This document shows, piece by piece, positions 46,333 through 54,533 of a DNA stretch of 64,000 bases. Position 1 is the stretch's first letter, and every line of letters begins with the position of its first letter. Location: contig CBDCDZ010000004.1 of assembly GCA_965215565.1 (NCBI GenBank), positions 1,600,001 to 1,664,000 of the forward strand, read 5' to 3'. The position numbers and the translations under genes were made by a program. The notes beneath the pieces were generated by a model. It ran no database searches, was not told the origin of the DNA, and saw only the letters and a list, made by a program, of their open reading frames with translations. The DNA comes from Trueperaceae bacterium. GTDB taxonomy: Bacteria > Deinococcota > Deinococci > Deinococcales > Trueperaceae.

Positions 46333-49300
46333 GTGGGTCCGGTGCTCGAGACTAATCCCGACTTAGAACGAGAATTTAACCTGGCAAGTTTCCGCGAGGC
46401 GCTTTTGGACGTGGTCAGCGACGCACTGACGCACGGCGAAGACGGCGCGTTTTACCAGCGGCTCTTAGAGCGGGCGGTGCCGGTCATACCAGGCGCGCAA
46501 GCGGGCAGCATCTTTCTCCTCGAGCCCTCGGGCAACTACCGCGTCTGCGCGGCGCTAGGCTACGACTTGGCGAGCCTCAAGGAGGTCTCGCTCACCTTGG
46601 ACGAGCTTGCGCCCACCATCGACGCGCAGACCTATGGACCCTATCTGGCGCGCAACTTTGCGCAACTCAACCGCGAGGTGGTGCGGGGGAGTGCGCGGCG
46701 CGTCCTTAACGGTGCGGGCAGAGCCGAAGCGATCAAAGTCGCGCTCTCCGTGCCGGTCATGGTGGGGCGGACGATGCGGGCGGTGCTCTTTTTCGACAAC
46801 TTCGCTCAGGTGGACGCCTTTGATAAGGACGCGCTCGAGATGGCGCAGATGTTCGGCGCGCAGATTGGCGTCGTGTTGCAGCGCTTAGCGGAGCAGCGCG
46901 GCGCAGAGACGTGGGCGCGCTTTCAGCGGTATCTCTTAGAGGTGGCGAGCACGGTCCTGGCTGAGCGGCTCGACGAGAGCTTCTATGGGCGCTTCATCGA
47001 GGGCGCAGTTAAGGCGATTCCAGGAGCCGAAGGGGGCAGCGTTTTAGTGCGGCGCGAGGACGGCGCTCACCCCTACTTTTGCTACGCAGCGGCGCACGGC
47101 TACGACCTCAGCGCGTTGCAGTCCGTCCGCTACAGCGCGACCGAGTTGGAGCGTTGGCACAGTAAACAGGAAGGTAAGCAGGAAGGCGGGCAGGAGAACG
47201 CCAGAGGAGCGCGGCTCGTCTCCTACCGAAGCGGCAGCCACGACGCCGAAAAGCGCGCGCAGTTGCGCAGCTCGGGACGCCTCGACGAGATTGAAGTCAC
47301 CCTCGCCGCCCCGGTGCGCGTGGGCGGACGCTTAGAGGCGCTCATCAATCTGGAGAGCTTCAGCACCCCGAACGCCTTTTCTAACGAGACGGTGCAGTTC
47401 GCCGAGGTGCTCGCCAAACAAGTGGGTGTGGTGCTGCGCCGCTTGCAGCTCGAGCGCGAAGCGGAGCGGCAGAGCACCGTGCTGCGCCTGCTGAGCCAGT
47501 TGGAGCGCCTCCTCTTAGCCTTCGGCTCCCTGGAAGGCTTTTTTCCGCTGCTCGCCAAGCTTTTACTCAGCGCGCCCATCGGCGTTCATACCGTGAGCAT
47601 CTACCGCCTCGCCTCGCCCGACCGCCTAGAGGTTGACCTCTACGGCTTGACCCGCGAAACGCGCGAGCGGGTGCTCAAGACGCTCGCGCGCGAGGGGATG
47701 TTGGACTTGCGCGCCCCGCGGGGATTCGCCGCTTACACCGCGCTCAGGGCGCAGCCCGTCTACAGCCCCGACCTCCGCGAGGAGGCGACGTGGCTGGAAA
47801 CGGGCACGCGCGCCCGCGCGTGCCTCCTTCACCCCCTCGTACGGGGCAACACCCTGTGGGGCATGTTAGAGGTCTCGTCGAACCGCCCACACACCTTTGA
47901 CGCGCCCCTCCAAAACTTCATCGCACAGGTAGCGAGCAGCGTCCAGCTCGCTCTCGCAAAGGAGTCCGAGCGCGAAGAGGTGCGCGCGCAGCTCGAGAAA
48001 CTGAACGCGCTCGTGAGCGCTAACGAAACGCTGAGGAGCGCGGCGAGCTTCGCTGAAGTGTACGAGAGCACGACGCAGATGCTCGTCGCGCGCACGGAGG
48101 CGTCGTCCAGCAGCATCCTCCGCTTCGATGTGGACAGGGACGTGCTGACCGTCGTGGCGAACCACAGCCGCCACGGTGAATGCGCCGTAGGTCAGGAGCT
48201 GTCGCGCGGGCGCGGGGTGAGTTGGCACGTCCTCATGGGCGCGAAGCCCCTCACCCTGGCGAACGTCCACGCGGACGACGAATTCTGCGCAGTAGTAGAG
48301 GGCGTGGTAGGGGGTGCGGAGCCGGGGGCTCCCTGCTCGGATGCGCCAGACTTTCGCTCAGCAGGAGAAAACCTGCTCGGCTGTTCGGCTCAACCGGACT
48401 TTGAACCGAAGCCGCCGCGTCACCAGGTGGCGCACTACGTCGGCTGCCCGCTCATGGACTCCAACGGCGAGGTTATCGGCGTGCTTTCGGCGTGGGGGGA
48501 CGCCCCTTTTTCGGGAAGCGAAGTCGCCTTCGCCGAGGCAGTGGCGCAGAGCTGCACGGGCGCGCTCGTGCGACTCGGCTTAGTCGGTAAAACTAAGCGC
48601 GAGGCGCGGGCGTACCGAGCTTTAGCTAACTTCGGGGAGACTATCGAGGAGATCAACGACGTGGCGCAGCTCATGGAACTCGGGCTCACGAGCTTATCCG
48701 AGCAGATCGGCATGGACATGGCGACGTACTACGACGTCCGGGACGACGGATGCTATCCCGCCAACCTCTACGGCTCCTACCCCGAGCGCCTAGAACTCGT
48801 GCGCGCGCCTATCGCGGTAGGCGAAGGTTTGGTGGGGCGCGTTGCGCGCACCGGCGAAGTCGCCTCCGTATCGGACTACCGCGCGTGGTCTCACGCCCTG
48901 CCCGCTTACGCGGCGTTAGGCGTCACAACGCTCCTCGTCATCCCCGTCAAGCAGCGCGGCGAGGTAGTCAAGGTCATCGCGCTGAGTTGCTTCTTTCGCT
49001 CGGTCCGCATCAGCGACGAACAGCTCACCGTCGCGCGCAACTTCGTCAAGCGCCTGGAGAACGCCTTGGAGCGCGCGGACAATCTACGCGAAGTCGAGGC
49101 GACGCGCGAGGCGACGCTGCGCTCTTTAGGTCTCGTGCTGGAATACCGCGACTTCGAAACGAAAGGGCACACCGACCGCGTGATGAACCTTTCGCTGCGC
49201 ATGGGGCGGCGCATGGGTTTTAGCAAAGCGGAGTTGCAGGCGCTGCGCTGGGGCGCGTACTTACACGACATCGGCAAGGTGGCGATCCCCGACAGCATCT

Positions 49301-49668
49301 TGCTCAAGCCAGGCAAGTTAGACCATCACGAGTTCGAGGCGATCAAAGAACATCCCGTTATCGGCTACACGACGTGCCGCGATATCCCCTTTCTGCCGCA
49401 GGAGACCCGCCAAATCGTGCGTCACCACCACGAGCGCTGGGACGGTCGCGGCTACCCCGATGGGCTCGCTGGCGACGCCATCCCCCTCATGGCGCGCATG
49501 TTCAGCCTTATCGACGTGTACGACGCCCTGACGAGCGAACGCCCGTACAAAAAAGCGTGGCCTGCCGGGGACGCGGTAGCCGAGATACTCAGGAGCGCGG
49601 GCAGCCAGTTCGATCCAACTTTGGTGCCCATCTTCGTCGAGATGTGCGAGGAGCACGCTCTGCTGTAG
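46333..49668 (+). CDS. Multi-GAF HD-GYP phosphodiesterase
   Basis: Several GAF-like repeats; C-terminal ETKGHTDRV, LHDIGK, HHHERWDGRGYPDGL, DVYDALTSERPYK. Confidence 0.9.
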   Translation: MGPVLETNPDLEREFNLASFREALLDVVSDALTHGEDGAFYQRLLERAVPVIPGAQAGSIFLLEPSGNYRVCAALGYDLASLKEVSLTLDELAPTIDAQTYGPYLARNFAQLNREVVRGSARRVLNGAGRAEAIKVALSVPVMVGRTMRAVLFFDNFAQVDAFDKDALEMAQMFGAQIGVVLQRLAEQRGAETWARFQRYLLEVASTVLAERLDESFYGRFIEGAVKAIPGAEGGSVLVRREDGAHPYFCYAAAHGYDLSALQSVRYSATELERWHSKQEGKQEGGQENARGARLVSYRSGSHDAEKRAQLRSSGRLDEIEVTLAAPVRVGGRLEALINLESFSTPNAFSNETVQFAEVLAKQVGVVLRRLQLEREAERQSTVLRLLSQLERLLLAFGSLEGFFPLLAKLLLSAPIGVHTVSIYRLASPDRLEVDLYGLTRETRERVLKTLAREGMLDLRAPRGFAAYTALRAQPVYSPDLREEATWLETGTRARACLLHPLVRGNTLWGMLEVSSNRPHTFDAPLQNFIAQVASSVQLALAKESEREEVRAQLEKLNALVSANETLRSAASFAEVYESTTQMLVARTEASSSSILRFDVDRDVLTVVANHSRHGECAVGQELSRGRGVSWHVLMGAKPLTLANVHADDEFCAVVEGVVGGAEPGAPCSDAPDFRSAGENLLGCSAQPDFEPKPPRHQVAHYVGCPLMDSNGEVIGVLSAWGDAPFSGSEVAFAEAVAQSCTGALVRLGLVGKTKREARAYRALANFGETIEEINDVAQLMELGLTSLSEQIGMDMATYYDVRDDGCYPANLYGSYPERLELVRAPIAVGEGLVGRVARTGEVASVSDYRAWSHALPAYAALGVTTLLVIPVKQRGEVVKVIALSCFFRSVRISDEQLTVARNFVKRLENALERADNLREVEATREATLRSLGLVLEYRDFETKGHTDRVMNLSLRMGRRMGFSKAELQALRWGAYLHDIGKVAIPDSILLKPGKLDHHEFEAIKEHPVIGYTTCRDIPFLPQETRQIVRHHHERWDGRGYPDGLAGDAIPLMARMFSLIDVYDALTSERPYKKAWPAGDAVAEILRSAGSQFDPTLVPIFVEMCEEHALL

Positions 49669-49767
49669 GGCCCGAGCGACACGAACGGTCCTACTTGCGG
49701 TTTACTGGGGAAGACTTTTAGGAAAGTCGTAGGCTCGAGACACCAGAAGTCTTGGGTAGACTTTATC

Positions 49768-49899
49768 TAGCAGGTATCATCTGGTCAGAGTGTACGAAGT
49801 CCTGTGAAGCAACACTACCACTGTATAAAGAGATGTCTACCACGCACATTCAGGGATGATACCTGTGGCACTTTGTCTCAGTACGTCTTGGAACTGCTA
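49768..49899. repeat. Dispersed repeat family A, copy 2
   Basis: TAGCAGGTATCATCTGGT...CACGCACATT...GATGATACCTG...TCTCAGTA...TTGGAACTGCTA. Confidence 0.8.
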
Positions 49900-49931
49900 A
49901 TCCATCTCGCCCGCGTCATTTAGAGCAAGAA

Positions 49932-49970
49932 AACGGCTCGAGTCCTCTACTGAGAAGGACTCGAGCCGTT
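49932..49970. terminator. Long hairpin between convergent genes (probable terminator)
   Basis: AACGGCTCGAGTCCT-9 nt-AGGACTCGAGCCGTT, 15-bp stem; followed by TTCTT on the minus strand. Confidence 0.65.
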
Positions 49971-49982
49971 CCTACTTGCGGC

Positions 49983-51683
49983 TCAGCGTTTGGGCGCGGC
50001 GGTCATGAGGTCCTCTAACAGCGCTGTGATCTGCCCGCGCGACATCTTGCGCACCAGTCGCTGGTGACGTCCGTTGTTGGGCGAGACCCACTTTGTGGTG
50101 CCGCTCTTGCTGATCTCTAAATGCCTGTCCACCTTGGGCATGGCGAAGTAGCGTCCACCCGGACCTGAAAACCCGCGCACGGCGTAGAGGACCGCGCAGG
50201 GGTCCCAACTGTCGCGCCCCACCCCCTCCTTTTTGAAGAAGAGCTTGTAAGACTCGCGCACTGGGTTGCTCTTGGGCGTTCTGCGCGCTAGCGACTGCCC
50301 GGTCATGACGTCGCCGCAGACGTTGCCAGCCGCAAACGTCATCTTGGTAGGCCACGAATCCAGGACGCGCTTAGCTACCTGCGGGGTGATGCCATGCTTC
50401 GAGGTGCCCTTGAGGTAGAGGTCGCGCGCGCTGCCCGGATAGGTACCGCCCATAATCACGAGTTCCTTGACCTTGCGCTTGACGAGCGCCTTTCCGCTCA
50501 GGCGGCTGTACTTGTCTGGTCCCGACACGAGCAGGTCCGACAAGTTCGACATGAAGCCTACCGAGACCACTGTAACGCTGCCGTCGGGCTGCGAAGCGAG
50601 CGCCTTGCGGTAGACCGACACAGCGGAGGGTATCTTCTTGAGGTTCGTGTTGTGAGGAAAGCGCGCCGCGAGTTGACGCACGAAGTGCGCGTCGTTTTTA
50701 CGCCACCAGGGGGTGGCTTTGGGGAGCTGACCCTTGTTCGCGTTGCGCCCTACCAAGAGGTTCGGACGTCCGTAGTAGGTGTTGATGACGTCAATCGCCG
50801 CCGCCGCGTAAGGGTCATAGGTATTCGAGACCGTCGCCAAAAGCTTCGCCTCGCCTCGGTCCGCTAGCGCATGTAGCACCGCCAGCGCGCCCGCGTCGTC
50901 CACGTCAACGCCGATGTCCGTGTCCAAAATGACGCGGGGGCTACCCCCCTTAGCGCGAACGGGCGCGGACGGTCTAGGCTCGGCGGTGCGCTCGCCGCCG
51001 CTATATTCGATGTAGAGCGTCGGCGCGCCCTTCTTGTCACCGCGGTACGACTCGGCGACGCGCTTGCCATCTATAACACTGCTCGTGATGATAAAGGCGA
51101 GCGCGTTACCGCCGTCCCACCCTTTGCGGCTCGTGACCTCACCAACCACCGTAGAGAGGTCCGGGGTGCGCTGTTTAGCGCCGCGCTCACCGCGCTTTTT
51201 CCAAGGGTCTATCGTCCAGGTGCGCTTCGCCGAGGTCTGCTTCCGCTGTGAGATATTGCGGTTTTTACCCTGCGGGAAGCTCTTCGCGTCGTCGGTGTCT
51301 TCGGCGCGGACCGTTACCTTGACGTGTGCCCAGTCGGTCTCGTCCGCCTTGAACTGGATATACGCTTTCTTGATCGTCGCGCCGCGCGGCACCTCGATGT
51401 CGTCAAAGCGCAAGCCGACGCGCTGCTGACCGCGCAAAGCGTCGTGGGTCAACTCTATATCGGTACTACTGTTGATAACCAGACCCGAGGTGCGCTCTTC
51501 GGCGTCGTCCTTATCGGACGAGATGCGCGAAGAGGTCTTTTTGGTGGCGGTAGCCTCGAGTTCAGGCGGTTTTTCCAGACCGCTAGTACAGGCGCTGAGC
51601 AAGAAGATAACCGCGAGCACGTAGAGTGTAGAACGAAAGCTGAAAGGCAGCAAAGAGGCGCGCAACGAACGTGACGACATCAT
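49983..51683 (-). CDS. Lipoprotein with an N-terminal beta-sandwich-like domain and a nucleoside-hydrolase-like domain
   Basis: LSAC lipobox; DDAEE...VGLRF..I.VP.GATI..AYIQF domain; VILDTDIGVDVDDAGAL, ELVIMGG, SWDP. Start moved to ATG 51683. Confidence 0.78.
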   Translation of the reverse strand: MMSSRSLRASLLPFSFRSTLYVLAVIFLLSACTSGLEKPPELEATATKKTSSRISSDKDDAEERTSGLVINSSTDIELTHDALRGQQRVGLRFDDIEVPRGATIKKAYIQFKADETDWAHVKVTVRAEDTDDAKSFPQGKNRNISQRKQTSAKRTWTIDPWKKRGERGAKQRTPDLSTVVGEVTSRKGWDGGNALAFIITSSVIDGKRVAESYRGDKKGAPTLYIEYSGGERTAEPRPSAPVRAKGGSPRVILDTDIGVDVDDAGALAVLHALADRGEAKLLATVSNTYDPYAAAAIDVINTYYGRPNLLVGRNANKGQLPKATPWWRKNDAHFVRQLAARFPHNTNLKKIPSAVSVYRKALASQPDGSVTVVSVGFMSNLSDLLVSGPDKYSRLSGKALVKRKVKELVIMGGTYPGSARDLYLKGTSKHGITPQVAKRVLDSWPTKMTFAAGNVCGDVMTGQSLARRTPKSNPVRESYKLFFKKEGVGRDSWDPCAVLYAVRGFSGPGGRYFAMPKVDRHLEISKSGTTKWVSPNNGRHQRLVRKMSRGQITALLEDLMTAAPKR

Positions 51684-51889
51684 AGAGATTCCTAACGTGA
51701 GGTGAGTGGAATAAATAGGTGAGCGCGGCGCAACACTATAGGCAAAGCGTATTAGCATAGCTTTTTGATACGGCTTCTTGACACAGCTTCGCCCACCTTT
51801 TCGCCGACACGTTGCCAACAGACCGCCCGAAAAGGTTCCCAAATGCTGCCGCGTTGTGCGGTAGTGTTATGCCTCCTCTACTCTTTCTG

Positions 51890-52020
51890 AACCCACTATG
51901 AAATATTTCATAGTGGGTTTTCATGTATTATTCATTAACGAAACTTAATAAAAACAAGGTAAATTTCTCATAAAATTTGTGAGTCATGAATTTCATGAAC
52001 GTTTATGTTAAATCATAATT
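51890..52020. promoter_or_regulatory. AT-rich operator-like array including a perfect 30-bp palindrome
   Basis: AACCCACTATGAAAT|ATTTCATAGTGGGTT (51890-51919), plus CTCATAAAATTTGTGAG and TCATGAA-t-TTCATGA dyads. Confidence 0.55.
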
Positions 52021-52050
52021 GTGTGAGTTTCACTTTGCTAAACTGCGTCT

Positions 52051-52341
52051 ATGAAACCTTCAGAGTCTCACAAGGTCAATCCAGAGGTCAAACTTAACCC
52101 GACGCTCATGGACTCGCCTCTTCAACTCACCTCTCACCAGGGCGTGTTGCAGGGACAGTTTTCAGGTACGTACGCCGCCTCGAACGGAACCGTCGTGCTT
52201 CACGCGCCGAAAGCTGCAACCGTCGAGGCGACGGTCACGGACGGGCACTTCCGCGTGGCGCAGCCGAAGCCGGGTTTCTACTGGCTCATCTTGCGCACGA
52301 ACGCGAGCCTGGCGCAGTTCGGTCCGGTGGAGATTGAGTAA
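52051..52341 (+). CDS. Hypothetical beta-rich protein (96 aa), probably leaderless
   Basis: TAAACT-gcgtct-ATG upstream and its own terminator downstream. Confidence 0.6.
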   Translation: MKPSESHKVNPEVKLNPTLMDSPLQLTSHQGVLQGQFSGTYAASNGTVVLHAPKAATVEATVTDGHFRVAQPKPGFYWLILRTNASLAQFGPVEIE

Positions 52342-52384
52342 AGTTTAGCGCGGATAAACGAAGTATTCAGTACATTATGAGGCG

Positions 52385-52416
52385 TCCCGCTATTGAAACG
52401 TAGCGGGATTTGTTTT
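52385..52416 (+). terminator. Intrinsic terminator
   Basis: TCCCGCTA-8 nt-TAGCGGGA followed by TTTGTTTT. Confidence 0.7.
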
Positions 52417-52480
52417 GGCGGTAGAGGGTTGAGGTCGGCTGACGCGCTTCATGAGCGGCGGTCACCAACTCTCACTCGCA

Positions 52481-52502
52481 AACAAGGGGTTGCAACCCCT
52501 TG
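52481..52502. repeat. Isolated core hairpin of repeat family B
   Basis: AACAAGGGG-ttgcaa-CCCCTTG. Confidence 0.6.
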
Positions 52503-52520
52503 GACCTAGAACCTCTCGTT

Positions 52521-52796
52521 TCAGCCTCGAGCCCCAACGAGCGCAAGTTTTCGTGCCCTCGGCAACTGTTTGATGGCGCGTTCGCGGCGCAGGGCGTGGA
52601 CGCGGTCTTGCGCGCGCTCACTGTAGACGAGTTCGACAGGGCGAAACGCGCGGGTGTAGCGCGCGCCCACGCCCCGGTTATGCTCCTCTAAGCGGCGCTC
52701 GAGGTCCGTCGTGACGCCCGTGTAAAGCGCGTCGTTGCGGCAGCGCACGATGTAGACGTGCCACCTGACCTCATACTCCGCGGGAATATCCTTCAC
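52521..52796 (-). CDS. GIY-YIG nuclease family protein (UPF0213/YhbQ-like)
   Basis: WHVYIVRC..ALYTGVTTDLERRLEEHN.G.GARYTR..RPVELVYSE...ALRRERAIK. Confidence 0.92.
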   Translation of the reverse strand: MKDIPAEYEVRWHVYIVRCRNDALYTGVTTDLERRLEEHNRGVGARYTRAFRPVELVYSERAQDRVHALRRERAIKQLPRARKLALVGARG

Positions 52797-52835
52797 CGTA
52801 GCGACTATACACCTTTGCTAATGGTGCTAATGGTG

Positions 52836-54353
52836 CTAATGGGGCGCTTCACGGTCCAAGTGTTCGAACTCGAGCGCCCCGTCCTCCAATGCGCCGTAGC
52901 CGAGCGCCGCAACGTCCTGAAAGTAATTTTGATAAATCTTCCAGGGCTTCTTCTCCCCCTGCTTGGGCAAGAGGTGCTCCGAGCGCCTGATGTACCCCGA
53001 CGTAAGGTTGATGGCGGACTGCGTCTGCACCGCCGCGTTCGGCAGGCGGGGCGTGCAGGCGTCATAGCCGCGTTTGTCCATGTAGGCGAGAAGGCGGCAG
53101 ACGAACTTGGAAATCAGTTCGCACTTGAGCGTCCACGAAGCGTTCGTGTAGCCCAGTGCCGAGGCGAAGTTCGGGACGCCGCTATACATCGCGCCCTTGT
53201 AAGAGAGCGTGCTGGCGACGTCCACGGGCGCGCCGTCCACGGAGAGCTGCGCGCCGCCGATCATCTTGAGCTTGAGCCCCGTCGCGCTCACGATGATGTC
53301 GGCGTGGAGATGCGCGCCCGAAGCGAGGCGCAGCCCCGTCTCGGTAAACGAGTCGATCTCATCCGTGACGACGGACGCAGCGCCGGACTTGAGCGCGCCG
53401 AAGAAGTCGCCGTTCGGCGCGAGGCAGAGACGCTGGTCCCAGGGGTTATAGCGCGGCGTGAAGTGCGTCTCCACGTCGTAGTCGGCCCCAAGCTCTTTTC
53501 GCACCTCTTTGATGAGCGAGCGCTTGACTAGCTCCGGCTTCCAGCGCGACATCCTGTAGACGTACATTCCTCCGAGCAGGTTCTTCCAGCGCACCAAGCG
53601 GTGCGCGAGGCGTGAGGGCAAGAGGCGGTGGAGCCGCTTGGCGACGTCGTCCTCGGCGGGCAGCGCGGCGACGTAAGAGGGCGAACGCTGCACCATCGTC
53701 ACGTGCGCGGCTTCTTTGGCGAGTTCGGGCACGAGCGTCACCGCCGTCGCGCCGCTGCCGATCACGACGATCTTTTTGCCCTTCGTATCGAGGTCTTCGG
53801 GCCACGCCTGCGGGTGGACGAGCCTACCCCCATACGCCGCCATATTTTGCCACTGCGGGGTGTAACCTGCCTCGTAGTCGTAGTAGCCGCTACACATGTA
53901 GAGAAAATTGCAGGTGAGCGTGATGGGCTCGCCCTCTGCGACGATCCCCAACCGCCACCGCGCCCTCTTCGAGCACCACGAGGCGCTCTGGAGCGTGTGG
54001 TGGTAACGTATGTGCTCGCCGATATCGTAGGCTTCGGCGGTCTCCTTGATGTAGCCGAGGATGTCAGAAGCGTCCGCGATGGACTTGTCACTCGTCCAGG
54101 GGCGGAAGCTGAAACCGAGCGTCTGCATGTCCGAGTCCGAGCGCACGCCGGGGTAACGAAAGAGGCTCCAGGTGCCGCCCACCTCGCCGCGCGCCTCTAA
54201 GAGGGTGAAGCGTTTGTCCGGGAGGCGGCGCTGCACGTGGCACGCCGCGCCGATACCTGAAAGCCCCGCGCCAACAACGATGATGTCGAAGTGCTGCTCT
54301 GGTGGATGTTGAGGATGTTCGGAGTGAGTGGTTGGATTAGCCTCGAGCGTCAT
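52836..54353 (-). CDS. FAD-dependent Baeyer-Villiger-type monooxygenase (EthA-like)
   Basis: VGAGLSG, GGTWSLFRYPGVRSDSDM, VHPQAWPEDLD, IGSGATA, PWDQRLC, SATGL, GYTNASWTLK. Confidence 0.92.
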   Translation of the reverse strand: MTLEANPTTHSEHPQHPPEQHFDIIVVGAGLSGIGAACHVQRRLPDKRFTLLEARGEVGGTWSLFRYPGVRSDSDMQTLGFSFRPWTSDKSIADASDILGYIKETAEAYDIGEHIRYHHTLQSASWCSKRARWRLGIVAEGEPITLTCNFLYMCSGYYDYEAGYTPQWQNMAAYGGRLVHPQAWPEDLDTKGKKIVVIGSGATAVTLVPELAKEAAHVTMVQRSPSYVAALPAEDDVAKRLHRLLPSRLAHRLVRWKNLLGGMYVYRMSRWKPELVKRSLIKEVRKELGADYDVETHFTPRYNPWDQRLCLAPNGDFFGALKSGAASVVTDEIDSFTETGLRLASGAHLHADIIVSATGLKLKMIGGAQLSVDGAPVDVASTLSYKGAMYSGVPNFASALGYTNASWTLKCELISKFVCRLLAYMDKRGYDACTPRLPNAAVQTQSAINLTSGYIRRSEHLLPKQGEKKPWKIYQNYFQDVAALGYGALEDGALEFEHLDREAPH

Positions 54354-54443
54354 GCAGCCTCCTCGAGAGGTCTAGGTACGAAGTTAAGTTTCACTCTAGG
54401 GTACATGGACACGCCCGAGATTAGGTCCAGTGTCCCTACATTT

Positions 54444-54459
54444 GATAACAGGTGTTATC
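54444..54459. promoter_or_regulatory. Candidate operator palindrome between the divergent monooxygenase and permease genes
   Basis: GATAACA-gg-TGTTATC. Confidence 0.35.
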
Positions 54460-54533
54460 CGGTTCGAGTGAACGAAGTTAAAAAAGCTCATCAGAATGCC
54501 CGAAATGCAGCCCAGCTTTGATAGACTCGCTCT

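Noticed and set aside
52521..52796. GIY-YIG nuclease as a mobile homing endonuclease or the mobiliser of the repeats
   Set aside because: It is the short stand-alone UPF0213/YhbQ-type protein, with no intron or IS context.
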